NCBI GenBank assembly: GCA_947601655.1
Contig: CANQGG010000005.1
Span: 4,309 to 68,308 of the forward strand
Direction: 5' to 3'
DNA from: an uncultured Akkermansia sp.
GTDB taxonomy: Bacteria > Verrucomicrobiota > Verrucomicrobiia > Verrucomicrobiales > Akkermansiaceae
DNA: 64,000 nt
Shown: positions 1-9,655 of the stretch, one piece after another
Position numbering within the stretch: position 1 is the stretch's first letter
Layout: each line of letters opens with the position of its first letter
Position numbers and translations under genes: made by a program
The notes under the pieces: generated by a model
The model's input: only the letters and a program-made list of their open reading frames with translations
What the model was told of the DNA's origin: nothing
Database searches by the model: none

Positions 1-208
1 CGGCAAACTCATGAAGATGGCTATCGCACTGGGACGTGATACGCGACCAAATATGAAGATGGGCATCTGTGGCGAACATGGTGGCGACCCTGCCTCCGTG
101 CGCTTCTGCCACACGATCGGGCTGGATTACGTCTCCTGTTCACCGTACCGGGTGCCGACGGCGCGAATCGCTGCGGCTCAGGCAGCCCTGGATGCCCCAA
201 CGCCATAG
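1..208 (+). CDS. ppdK: Pyruvate phosphate dikinase, C-terminal end (truncated by window edge)
   Basis: [40 protein letters not shown] is the conserved PPDK C-terminus. Confidence 0.92.
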   Translation, partial: GKLMKMAIALGRDTRPNMKMGICGEHGGDPASVRFCHTIGLDYVSCSPYRVPTARIAAAQAALDAPTP

Positions 209-327
209 CTCTCTCTTGAGTGTTGATCCGTCATCCTTCTGAACATGTGCCGCCCCCGCGGTCTGTTCACTTTCTCCTTCGGACTGCCCGACATCGCAAC
301 CGCCTGGTGGTGCGTTTGGAATCGCGC

Positions 328-356
328 TTGCAGGCAAGGTAAAGCTGTGGTAGAAT
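328..356 (+). promoter_or_regulatory. sigma70-type promoter of trpBA
   Basis: TTGCAG-17 nt-TAGAAT with extended -10 TG; supports ATG at 377 rather than 245. Confidence 0.7.
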
Positions 357-376
357 GCGCCCACATTCTGCAAGCC

Positions 377-1570
377 ATGGATACACTACCTCACACAGAG
401 CGACCGGGTTATTTCGGAGAATTCGGCGGGCGCTACATTCCGGAGACGCTGATGCCGCCGCTCTTCGAGGTGCAGGAAGCAGTGGAAAAAATTTTACCGA
501 GTGAGGAATACCGGAGTGAACTGAAACAGCTGCTGGAGGATTACTGCGGGCGTCCCACGCCGGTGACTCCCTGCCGCAATTTATCAAAGGAACTCGGCTT
601 CCACCTTTATCTCAAACGCGAGGATCTGCTGCACACGGGCGCGCACAAAATCAACAACGCTCTGGGGCAGGCTCTTCTGGCAAAAAAGATGGGCAAGGCC
701 CACATCATCGCAGAAACCGGCGCCGGGCAGCACGGAGTGGCGACGGCAACGGCGGCGGCGGAATTCGGCCTGCGCTGCACGGTGTTCATGGGGGCAAAGG
801 ATGTGGAACGTCAGGCGCCGAATGTGCAGCGCATGAAGTTGTTGGGGGCGGAGGTGGTGCCGGTGCAGAACGGCTCCTGCACGCTCAAGGATGCCATCAA
901 TGAAGCGTTGCGCTACTGGATTTCCCACCAGGCGGATACGATGTACGTATTCGGCACAGCGGCGGGACCGCATCCCTTCCCTACCCTCGTGCGAGAGTTG
1001 CAGAAAGTGATCGGCACGGAAGCGCGCGCGCAGATGATCGCACGCATCGGACGCCTGCCGGATTACGTGGTGGCGTGTGTAGGCGGCGGCTCCAATGCTA
1101 TCGGCATGTTCCATCCCTTCGTCGCGGACAAGGAGGTCCGACTCATCGGTGTGGAAGCGGGCGGCACGGGTGAGCCGGGTTGCGAAAATTCTGCGGCCAT
1201 TAATCTCGGCACTCCGGGCGTACTGCATGGCGCGCGGATGATGATTCTGCAAACCGCCGATGGGCAGATCTGCGAATCTTCCTCCATTTCTGCAGGACTG
1301 GATTATCCCGGCGTGGGACCGGAACACGTGCACCTGCACTCTATCGGTCGCGTGCACTACGGCATTGCGTACGACCACGAGGCATTGCAGGCCTTTCGAC
1401 GTCTTTCGCAGGCGGAGGGCATCATTCCCGCTCTGGAATCATCCCATGCGCTGGCCTGGGTTTTCGGACACGCCTCAGAGATTGCCCCTGGGTCTCACGT
1501 GCTGGTAAATCTCTCCGGCCGCGGCGACAAGGATCTCGCGCACGCCCTGCATCACATCCACCTCGACTAA
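377..1570 (+). CDS. trpB: Tryptophan synthase beta chain
   Basis: [24 protein letters not shown] (PLP Lys), [29 protein letters not shown]. Confidence 0.97.
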   Translation: MDTLPHTERPGYFGEFGGRYIPETLMPPLFEVQEAVEKILPSEEYRSELKQLLEDYCGRPTPVTPCRNLSKELGFHLYLKREDLLHTGAHKINNALGQALLAKKMGKAHIIAETGAGQHGVATATAAAEFGLRCTVFMGAKDVERQAPNVQRMKLLGAEVVPVQNGSCTLKDAINEALRYWISHQADTMYVFGTAAGPHPFPTLVRELQKVIGTEARAQMIARIGRLPDYVVACVGGGSNAIGMFHPFVADKEVRLIGVEAGGTGEPGCENSAAINLGTPGVLHGARMMILQTADGQICESSSISAGLDYPGVGPEHVHLHSIGRVHYGIAYDHEALQAFRRLSQAEGIIPALESSHALAWVFGHASEIAPGSHVLVNLSGRGDKDLAHALHHIHLD

Positions 1571-1578
1571 TCTTCGCC

Positions 1579-2355
1579 ATGAAAGCTACCATCCAAGCAG
1601 CCAATGCCCAGGGACGCACTGCCATTATTCCCTTCCTCACGGCGGGTTTCCCCTCGCTCGATACGTTTTGGGATACCCTCGCGCAGGTGGACGCCGCCGG
1701 GGCGGACATCATTGAAATCGGCATCCCCTTCTCCGACCCCGTGGCGGATGGCCCGGTGATTGAGGAAATCAGCCGGGAATCTCTCGCAAAAGGCGTCAGT
1801 CTGCCGTGGGTCGTCAACGGTCTGCTGGAGCGCCGGGGACAATTCCGCGCCAAGCTGGTGCTCATGGGCTACATGAACCCCTTTGTGCAGTACGGGCTGG
1901 AGAAACTCGCTGCGGATTGTGCGGCTGCCGGCGTGAGCGGGTTCATCGTTCCGGATCTGCCACTGGAAGAGACGCCGGAATTTCGCAAAGCCATCGCCCC
2001 TCGCGCCCTTTCGCTCATCACACTTGTCGGTCCGAACACGACCACCGAACGCATGCAGTCTTATGCGCCATACTCTGAGCAGTACGTCTATGTGGTCTCG
2101 GTGCTTGGCACCACGGGCGGCATGAATGCTCACCTCGATGCCATTGCAGACACTATGCGTCGCGCACGCAGTGTATTCAACCTGCCCCTCGCGCTGGGGT
2201 TCGGTCTCCGCGTGCCGGAGCAGCTGAACTCTCTCCCTGCAGATGCACGACCGGATGCCGCCGTTATCGGCACCGCTCTCCTGCAGCACATTCGCGCCGG
2301 AAAGACGCCGGAGAGCTTCCTCTCCCCCTGGCGTACCACCTCAAGAATAGCTTGA
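1579..2355 (+). CDS. trpA: Tryptophan synthase alpha chain
   Basis: ADIIEIGIPFSDPVADGPVI, LMGYMNPF, IVPDLP; directly after trpB. Confidence 0.95.
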   Translation: MKATIQAANAQGRTAIIPFLTAGFPSLDTFWDTLAQVDAAGADIIEIGIPFSDPVADGPVIEEISRESLAKGVSLPWVVNGLLERRGQFRAKLVLMGYMNPFVQYGLEKLAADCAAAGVSGFIVPDLPLEETPEFRKAIAPRALSLITLVGPNTTTERMQSYAPYSEQYVYVVSVLGTTGGMNAHLDAIADTMRRARSVFNLPLALGFGLRVPEQLNSLPADARPDAAVIGTALLQHIRAGKTPESFLSPWRTTSRIA

Positions 2356-2391
2356 TTCTGCCGCGCGCAGTGTGTAGGATGTAGGGAAGAT

Positions 2392-3945
2392 ATGGATGCA
2401 GTGGAACCCACCGGGCAATCAGCCGCGAAAACCGATATTCAAGCCGTCATCTTCATCGGCGCAGGCGCCATCAGCATGATGGTGGCAGAGGCACGTGGCA
2501 CGGATCTCCGCGTGCTGGATGTTCTATCTCAGCCCATTGAACTGGCCAGGGATGTTTTCTCCGGAGGCATCATCCGCCGCGAAACGATGGAGCGCAGCGT
2601 TCAGATTATCCTTGATTATAAGTCTCTTCTGGCAGAGTACGGCGAGTCCCCGCGCATTCGCCTGCTGGGCAGCAATGTGCTGATGGGGTTGCGCTCGCTG
2701 GATACCGTGGTGAACCGTCTGCTGAATTCCTGCGGCCTGCGGATGGAAGTACTCGATGACGGGGAAATGACGCGCCTTTTGTACATCAACATGAAGGAGC
2801 TGCTGGTCAAACGCCCGGAATTGGAGGAAAAATGTGTGCCGGTGCTGCATGTGGGGCCGGGCAACACGCGCCTGCTCCTCTTCGACCATGGTCGCATCAC
2901 CTACTACGCCAGCTACCGCATGGGCGCCCACCGCACCGGCATCGCCATCGGGGACTCCTCCCTCGCCGGTGCGGAGCAGGAATGCTCCCTCATTCGCGAA
3001 CACATTCGCGGCATCGTCGAACAGATGCACCACGATGCAGAGGGCGCCCTCTCGACCACTCCCGAGGTAATGGTCGTGTATGGACCGGACTTCCACCGCA
3101 TCCACGCCCCTATTTTCGCCGGGGCAGAGACCGCCACGCCGGAGCTCAACGAGCTTGTGCAGGATATCGCTCACCTCACGCAATCCCAGCGCACAGAGCG
3201 CTACACTGAGGACTACGCCAGCGTGGGGGCACTGCTTCCCTCCGTGATTTCGTTTCTCGCTGTGGCTCAGGAGTTTGAGGTTCCATCGCTCATCTTCCCT
3301 CAGGAGGAATACAGCGGCGCCTTCCTGCGCAGTCTGCTCCCCTCTCAGCGCGATAACTTCGCCCTGGAGCAGGAGGTGATTCACTTCTCCCTCCTGCTGG
3401 CTAACCGCTACCGTGTGGATCGCGCCCATGCCCAGCACGTCCGCAAACTTGCCGTCTCTCTCTTCGACCAGCTGCAGGAGCTTCACTCTCTCACGCGCCA
3501 CGACCGCTTGCTGCTGAAGGTGGCCGCCATCCTGCACGAGGTCGGCACCTTCATCAATCCCAAAGCCCACCACCGCCACGGGCAATACATCATCCTCAAT
3601 TCAGAAATCTTCGGTTTGTCTCGGCGAGATGTGGAGGTCATCGGAATGCTTGCCCGCTACCACCGCCACGGCGCCCCAACCATCGAGGACCGTTCCTACG
3701 CCGAACTCGACCAGCCGGACCGCCTGCGCGTCCAAAAACTCGCCGCCATCCTGCGCGTCGGCGATGCCATGGAACGCGCTCACTCTCACCGCATCTCCAA
3801 CTTCAGCGTCCGCTTCAACGGCAAACGCCTCGAACTCGTCGTCAGCGGCGTGCATGACCTCACCATCGAAAACCTCGCCCTGCGCTCCAAAGCCGACCTC
3901 TTCACCGCCATCTTCGGCTACGATGTCCAACTCGTGCACGATTAA
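2392..3945 (+). CDS. ppx: Ppx/GppA family exopolyphosphatase with C-terminal HD domain
   Basis: HVGPGNT sugar-kinase/actin-fold motif, AAILHEVG HD motif; own promoter TTGATT-17-TAGGAT at 2352-2380. Confidence 0.85.
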   Translation: MDAVEPTGQSAAKTDIQAVIFIGAGAISMMVAEARGTDLRVLDVLSQPIELARDVFSGGIIRRETMERSVQIILDYKSLLAEYGESPRIRLLGSNVLMGLRSLDTVVNRLLNSCGLRMEVLDDGEMTRLLYINMKELLVKRPELEEKCVPVLHVGPGNTRLLLFDHGRITYYASYRMGAHRTGIAIGDSSLAGAEQECSLIREHIRGIVEQMHHDAEGALSTTPEVMVVYGPDFHRIHAPIFAGAETATPELNELVQDIAHLTQSQRTERYTEDYASVGALLPSVISFLAVAQEFEVPSLIFPQEEYSGAFLRSLLPSQRDNFALEQEVIHFSLLLANRYRVDRAHAQHVRKLAVSLFDQLQELHSLTRHDRLLLKVAAILHEVGTFINPKAHHRHGQYIILNSEIFGLSRRDVEVIGMLARYHRHGAPTIEDRSYAELDQPDRLRVQKLAAILRVGDAMERAHSHRISNFSVRFNGKRLELVVSGVHDLTIENLALRSKADLFTAIFGYDVQLVHD

Positions 3946-4437
3946 CCTCGGCTCTCCCCTACCACTCTGTTGGTACCTCACATAAAGAAGTCGACCAAAT
4001 CCACATAAAATTTCACGCAAACAAAACTTGTCTTGAGGCAATCTCCCTGTCCGGCTTTTTTGACAAGACCTCAACAGTCCGCTTTAAAGGCTTCTCTTTT
4101 TCCCTGCCTTTTTTCCCTATTCTGAGATCAATTTTATAATGTTAGCATTTCTCGCAAATCGCCTCGTCCCAGCCCCCACCGTATCATCACTTTTCCCATT
4201 GCCATCAAATGCTTTGCCGGAGCCTGTCGTCTGACGTTCGCCTGACATAATCAACCGCGCAACCTCTCTATTAAATCTCCATTTTCTGCCACATTTTGCC
4301 ACTCTTTGTCACATAAGCAATAGGGCGAAAGTCCTGGATTTTTCCTCTGAAAAGGTCATGCTTCATTGCTGTCCTCGCAACCAGCGAATCGCATAATGGA
4401 ATCTATGATTCTTGCTTCTTTACTCGCCTTGACCGAT

Positions 4438-4542
4438 ATGTGTTTGATGTTAGCCTTTCATTTCTGAGGCATCAGGTTTCCGAAAATATCTCGTCCCCCG
4501 TTTTAGAGCCTCTTCGTTGACTTTATTTTTGAGAAAATGCGG
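4438..4542 (+). repeat. Dispersed intergenic repeat, copy A (most diverged)
   Basis: catttctgaggcatca...gactttatttttgag aligns with copies at 14948 and 30130; atgtgtttgatgttagcctttc also matches sequence upstream of copy C. Confidence 0.8.
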
Positions 4543-4576
4543 ATGGAAATTTTCAGAGAGATTCGCAAAAAAGGAG

Positions 4577-4604
4577 TTGACATCTGCATGCAGCATGCTA
4601 AACT
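4577..4604 (+). promoter_or_regulatory. Promoter of tRNA-Arg (and possibly tmRNA)
   Basis: TTGACA-16 nt-TAAACT with extended -10 TG. Confidence 0.7.
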
Positions 4605-4647
4605 TTCTCCGCCTTCTACGGAGGATGTGGCTTTTATGCCGCTTCAT

Positions 4648-4721
<74 letters not shown>

Positions 4722-4772
4722 TTGACCGTCGTCATTGAAGTTTTCCGCTATCATTGCGACGGTCTTTTCATC

Positions 4773-5129
4773 GGGGGCGCCTCGGTTTCGACCGAACATT
4801 CGAGGTGCCGGCTGCATGTGGGGGTTGATCGGCTGGCCCCCTTACCAAGCCGCTCAAACATTAAGTGCCTATTCCAATAACGAATACGCCATGGCTGCGT
4901 AATATACGCGCCGGATCCCGCGCCTGACGCCCGCTAGGGCGCCGGATCTTCAACTCAGCGAGCAGTCTCTTGCGGGGGGTACCGCCGTTTGAGCCTCACC
5001 AACAGGTGCCTCGCCTTTTCGGAAGTCGGCGCAGAACTTCCGCATTGGCTAAAGCAGCTTCTGCGCCTGAACATGGAGATGCTTGCATCAAAAATGTCCG
5101 GGACAGGGGTTCAACTCCCCTCGCCTCCA
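4773..5129 (+). ncRNA. ssrA: tmRNA; tag reading frame 4867-4902 encodes (A)AYSNNEYAMAA*
   Basis: GGGGGCG...CGCCTCCA acceptor stem with G3-U70, GGTTTCGAC 5' motif, GGTTCAACTCCCC T-arm, short Ala-ending tag after TTAAGT. Confidence 0.93.
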
Positions 5130-5133
5130 TTTC

Positions 5134-5166
5134 GCCACTTATGTTCAATGAGCATAAGTGGCTTTT
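5134..5166 (+). terminator. Intrinsic terminator after ssrA
   Basis: 10-bp stem GCCACTTATG/CATAAGTGGC followed by TTTT. Confidence 0.7.
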
Positions 5167-5462
5167 CTCTTTCCTTATGGAAAGCGAAAATGTTCAATAA
5201 GCGTGGTGCACAGCGCAAAATCGCGAGGGAAAGCCCTCTACACTTCGCCGCGCCAATTACTATAACACTATCCTCTGCGGTCCTTCTACCCTTTCTGAGC
5301 CGATAGAAACCCCATTGCGAACCGCCTCTCAGCCTTCCTTCACGGGAAACGCCTCAGGGCGGCTCTTTTTCGCCCTTTTCCCCCTGAAACAACAAATGAG
5401 GAATTAGAACGCAAGGCAAGCAATCGACTTGAAAAAAACAGAAGGGTGTGTACAATAGAAGC

Positions 5463-5738
5463 ATGCCTGAGATCCAACAGAAAGAACTTGTTGAGGCAAT
5501 CGTAACGCTGAACAGCACAGTGCTGTATGATGCCGTGGTTGTGACAAAAGATGGCAAGGTGAAAGCCGGAGAAGCGAAAGGAAAGGATACGGCATGTGTG
5601 CTTATGACAGCAGATGAGCTGGGGCGTCGACTATGCGAAGCGGGACTATTTGCGTACAGTGGCAAAGAGCTGAGGGCGTGGGCCAATGAGCTTGACATTG
5701 CACAACTTCAAGCGAAGGCCGATGCGGTGCAGGTTTGA
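5463..5738 (+). CDS. Small hypothetical protein (91 aa)
   Basis: ORF with promoter TTGAAA-16-TACAAT ending 6 nt before the ATG at 5463; no family recognised. Confidence 0.6.
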   Translation: MPEIQQKELVEAIVTLNSTVLYDAVVVTKDGKVKAGEAKGKDTACVLMTADELGRRLCEAGLFAYSGKELRAWANELDIAQLQAKADAVQV

Positions 5739-5771
5739 TTTGCGGATGAACCGGAAACGTGAACTTAAACC

Positions 5772-6680
5772 ATGATGCGCAGGATACTCATACTGATTTT
5801 ACTGTTTGGGGGAGTTTTGTTCGCTCAGTCGCAGGTGCAGAATGTGAACGCTTTGCGAGGGGGAACAGTCGTGCTTGATATCGGGCATTTCATGGGAGGC
5901 GAGGGTGCGAGTGCCCCACAGGCAGTAAATGGAGTTGTGCTGAGAGAGTGCGAATTCTGGTACCGGTATGCTGGGGTAGTGAAACAAGTTGTCGAGCGTG
6001 CAGGATGGCGCTGCGTCATCACGAATCGAGGATTTGCGCCGACTCGCGAACCCTTTGCCAGCATTGCAAAGAGGAGTGGGGTCCTCCAGCTTCAGAAGCC
6101 GGATGCAGGGGGAAAGCGAACCCCGTCCCGCTACCACCCGGATCGCGTGGGGAGCGGCATGGTAAGTGCCGACTACGCTATCTGGAAAAGAGCTGCGTGC
6201 ATCATTTTTCTCCATCTCAACAGTACCGGCAGCCGCTGGACAAGCGGAGGACGCAGTATCATTCTCTGTAATCACTTCAACGGACATGGTCTCGCGAACT
6301 CAATCTGCAACGCCCTGAATAACGAGGTACTCAACCATGGCATGCCTAACGGCGGTCGCGGTTGCTCGGTGGAAGAGCGCCGCGTGGATGCTGACCGTTC
6401 AGCAGGCTGGCTAAACGCCTGCGATGACTCGGGCATCCCGGCGGTGGTGGTAGAGGCCGCATTTGTCAACAACCGCGCGCACGCAGAATACCTCACGCGC
6501 GACGCCGGAGCTCGAGCTTTTGCGCAAGCCATTGGACACGGCGTTGTCAACTTCCTGCGCAGTGACACCACACCTCGCCACGTGCGGGAAAATGAAAACG
6601 TGCCGGACGTTGGTTCCTTCGGCTACGCTGCGGAATCACGTCGTCTGAATGTACCGGGAGCTAGGCGCCTGCTGCATTGA
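5772..6680 (+). CDS. Secreted N-acetylmuramoyl-L-alanine amidase (Amidase_3)
   Basis: Signal peptide; VVLDIGH...E, LHLNS, VVVEAAFVNN zinc/catalytic motifs. Confidence 0.8.
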   Translation: MMRRILILILLFGGVLFAQSQVQNVNALRGGTVVLDIGHFMGGEGASAPQAVNGVVLRECEFWYRYAGVVKQVVERAGWRCVITNRGFAPTREPFASIAKRSGVLQLQKPDAGGKRTPSRYHPDRVGSGMVSADYAIWKRAACIIFLHLNSTGSRWTSGGRSIILCNHFNGHGLANSICNALNNEVLNHGMPNGGRGCSVEERRVDADRSAGWLNACDDSGIPAVVVEAAFVNNRAHAEYLTRDAGARAFAQAIGHGVVNFLRSDTTPRHVRENENVPDVGSFGYAAESRRLNVPGARRLLH

Positions 6681-7563
6681 ACAAGGCCGCGCGCATCGCA
6701 GCCATGTTCGCTGATTTTCCAAACCATTTTTCGAAAGACAGCGCACCCTGTCCCACCAGCATATCTCGACCGTCATAAACCGCACACCCCTTCCCTTTTG
6801 CCGCCCGCTGCAGGGGCGTATCGTGCGTAATGAGGTCGAACACAACATGTCCTTCATGTAACAGCTCTGCTGCTATCGGCAAAGGATCATCCGCAGATAA
6901 CCCAAGACTCGTCGCATTCACGATCATGTCCGCCTCCTGTGCTGCCGCGCGAATCTGTTCTCCATCCAGCATAGAACACGTGGTGATGCACAGTCCGGGC
7001 GCAATCTCACTCAGTCTCGCCGAAAGCTGCTCCAATTCCGGCCGCGGACGATTAGCGAGCATCAGATGATGGCACCCGGATAGCGCGCACTGTATCGCCA
7101 GCGCATTTCCTGCGCCGCCGCACGCGCCAAGTATCAGAATACGCTCTTCTGTCAATTCTCTTCCATTGCGGCCTTTCAATGCGTACTCAAAGCCGGGGCC
7201 ATCCGTGTTGAAACCCTCTATCTTCCCCTCGTGCAGTGCAAGCGTATTCGCCGCCCCGCTGAGTTCGGAAAGTCGATCCACTTGATCCGCTACGGCACGG
7301 GCGTCCCGCTTGAACGGCACAGTCACATTCACCCCAAGAAATTCCAATCTTCGGAGTCGTTCCACAAGACCGCGGAACGCACCGAGATCCTTCGGACACA
7401 GAATACGCACATACGACCCTCCGATGCCGGCAGAACGCATGGCGGCCAACTGCATGGCAGGCGACAGAGAATGGGCAATCGGATTACCTACCACACCCAA
7501 TCGTGGATGGGGAAGCAGAGCAGATTGCGCCTCCAGGTCCTCAATAGTGAAAACGCCCTGCAT
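6661..7563 (-). CDS. aroE: Shikimate dehydrogenase
   Basis: GNPIAHSLSP, NVTVPFK, GAANTL, GFNTDGPG, NATSLG. Confidence 0.93.
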   Translation of the reverse strand: MQGVFTIEDLEAQSALLPHPRLGVVGNPIAHSLSPAMQLAAMRSAGIGGSYVRILCPKDLGAFRGLVERLRRLEFLGVNVTVPFKRDARAVADQVDRLSELSGAANTLALHEGKIEGFNTDGPGFEYALKGRNGRELTEERILILGACGGAGNALAIQCALSGCHHLMLANRPRPELEQLSARLSEIAPGLCITTCSMLDGEQIRAAAQEADMIVNATSLGLSADDPLPIAAELLHEGHVVFDLITHDTPLQRAAKGKGCAVYDGRDMLVGQGALSFEKWFGKSANMAAMRAALFNAAGA

Positions 7564-7582
7564 GAATGAGAAACGAGAAAAA

Positions 7583-7909
7583 TCAATTCTCCGGCGAGCC
7601 ATCCTTGCCAACGTTCTGCACGATCTGGCTCTTCACGATTTTGATGAGCACATTCGGAGCAATCTCCAGTCGTACAGTAGAATCTTTCACCTCACGCACG
7701 ATGCCGAAAATTCCTCCGGCAGAGATGACTTTATCGCCGGGCTTGAGGGCATCCTGCCGGGCTTTAAGTTCTTTCTGCTGCTTGCGCTGGGGACGAATCG
7801 CGATGAAATAAAAAATCACGAAAATAAGAACCAGCGTAATGAGCATCTGGTAGGGATTGCCCTCGGTGGCGGGGGCAGCGGCTTGTGCCAGGATCGGTGT
7901 TATGTTCAT
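7583..7909 (-). CDS. yajC: Preprotein translocase subunit YajC
   Basis: IFYFIAIRPQRKQQK, LKPGDKVISAGGIFG; follows tgt. Confidence 0.93.
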   Translation of the reverse strand: MNITPILAQAAAPATEGNPYQMLITLVLIFVIFYFIAIRPQRKQQKELKARQDALKPGDKVISAGGIFGIVREVKDSTVRLEIAPNVLIKIVKSQIVQNVGKDGSPEN

Positions 7910-9036
7910 GGTATTTGATGGGCTTGGTAACGCGCGATAAAACTGCTTTTGAAAGCAGCGAATTGTCCGGCTGCAATGGCGTTTCGCGCTTGCGCCATGA
8001 GCCTTAGATAGAAATGAAGATTTTGGAACGAGAGCAACCGCTGCCCCAGCACTTCCCCTGCACGGAAGAAATGTCTTACAGCCGCACGGGAGAAGCGCAT
8101 AACAAGTTCATGTCCCTCCGCATCAATGGGACGTTTGTCGTACTTCCAGCGTTCATTCTTAATGTGCATTGGTCCATCCGGAGTAAGCGCCACGCCATGC
8201 CGAGCCAGACGAGTCGGCATCACACAGTCGAACATATCCACACCGCGCTCGATCATCTCCAGGATCTGCACCGGGGTGCCAAGCCCCATCGCATAACGAG
8301 CCTTGTCCTGCGGCAAATACGGGGTCGTGTTCTCAATGGCTCGCAGCATCTCGGATTCCGGCTCGCCCACAGACACACCGCCTATGGCATAGCCATCCCA
8401 ATCCATTGCAGCGAGTTCCTCCGCACAAGCGCGGCGCAAGTCGGCATAAACTGACCCCTGCACGATACCGAAATGCTGCTGCAATCCCTTTCCACTCGTT
8501 GGAACGTGCTGCTGCACCCAAGTTTTGCAGCGCTTTGCCCAGCGAATGGTGTAACCGAGAGATTGCTCGGCATAGCGTCGCTCACAGGGATACGGAGGAC
8601 ACTCGTCAAAAAGCATCGCAATATCGGCTCCAAGGTTCGCCTGAATTTCCATGCTCCTCTCCGGAGTGAGCAGCGTGTAGGCGCCATCAATGTGGTTGCG
8701 AAAACGAACCCCCTCCTCCGTGATTTTGCGAAGCCTCGCAAGGCTCCACACCTGAAAGCCTCCGGAATCTGTTAACATAGGTCGTTCCCATCCGGCAAAA
8801 CGGTGCAGCCCCCCAAGGTCACGAATAAGTTCATCGCCTGGTCGCAAGCTCAGATGATATGTATTCCCTAAAATAATGTGAGCGCCGAGCAATTCCAGTT
8901 CTTCCGGGTGCAGCGTCTTTACCGTCCCCTGCGTACCCACAGGCATAAAAATGGGCGTGGGCACGTCGCCATGCGGCAAGTGGAGCACGCCGCAGCGTGC
9001 CCCGGTAGAATCCGTGCTGTGCAGCTCAAAGTTCAC
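7906..9036 (-). CDS. tgt: Queuine tRNA-guanine transglycosylase
   Basis: TPIFMPVGTQGTVK, LTDSGGFQVWSL, GIVQG, DMFDCVMPTR. Confidence 0.96.
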   Translation of the reverse strand: MNFELHSTDSTGARCGVLHLPHGDVPTPIFMPVGTQGTVKTLHPEELELLGAHIILGNTYHLSLRPGDELIRDLGGLHRFAGWERPMLTDSGGFQVWSLARLRKITEEGVRFRNHIDGAYTLLTPERSMEIQANLGADIAMLFDECPPYPCERRYAEQSLGYTIRWAKRCKTWVQQHVPTSGKGLQQHFGIVQGSVYADLRRACAEELAAMDWDGYAIGGVSVGEPESEMLRAIENTTPYLPQDKARYAMGLGTPVQILEMIERGVDMFDCVMPTRLARHGVALTPDGPMHIKNERWKYDKRPIDAEGHELVMRFSRAAVRHFFRAGEVLGQRLLSFQNLHFYLRLMAQARNAIAAGQFAAFKSSFIARYQAHQIP

Positions 9037-9614
9037 GACACGACAAAACGGGCGGAATAAATCGGCCGACCAAAAGATTCCCAGTGCCGCTGAAAATCGG
9101 TTTTGGGATAAAAAATGGCATCATCCCAATCCACACGCAAAAAAAGCTTTGATACCTTCATACACTCACATACCCATTTGTAATAATCCTCGTGATCGGT
9201 GCGAAAGAACATCTCCCCATCTTTTGCAAGTACACGGTGCAAAACAGGTATGAAATCTGACTGCACAAGACGCTTCTTGTGGTGCTTCTCCTTCGGCCAG
9301 GGATCCGGGAAAAGGTAATGTAATCTCCGCACACTGCCCGGCTGCAGCATCCACTCCAGCACATAACGACTCTCTGCACGCAAGCACCTCACATTCTCCA
9401 GCCCCAATCGATCTGCCCGAGAACACACCTTGCGCACGCGACCCAGGAGCCGCTCAACTCCTAAAAAAAGACGATTGGGGTCGTGCTGTGCCATCGCCAG
9501 CAAAAAACCTCCATCCCCACAACCAAGGTCCACTTCGCAGTCCGTGCCACGACCAAACACCTCACTTACGCTGTAGCGGCGAAAAAAATCTGGTGGTAGG
9601 AAAGCCGTGGGCAT
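9033..9614 (-). CDS. trmB: tRNA (guanine-N7)-methyltransferase
   Basis: EVDLGCGDGGF, LGVE, FPDPWPKEKHHKKRL, RTD; start uncertain (9614 or 9659). Confidence 0.9.
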   Translation of the reverse strand: MPTAFLPPDFFRRYSVSEVFGRGTDCEVDLGCGDGGFLLAMAQHDPNRLFLGVERLLGRVRKVCSRADRLGLENVRCLRAESRYVLEWMLQPGSVRRLHYLFPDPWPKEKHHKKRLVQSDFIPVLHRVLAKDGEMFFRTDHEDYYKWVCECMKVSKLFLRVDWDDAIFYPKTDFQRHWESFGRPIYSARFVVS

Positions 9615-9655
9615 GGTTAAAAATGCGACTCTTGGAGGAAGGAAACCCCGTCGAT

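Noticed and set aside
245-376. trp attenuator or N-terminal extension of TrpB
   Set aside because: The promoter at 328-356 lies inside the extension; there is no Trp-codon leader peptide
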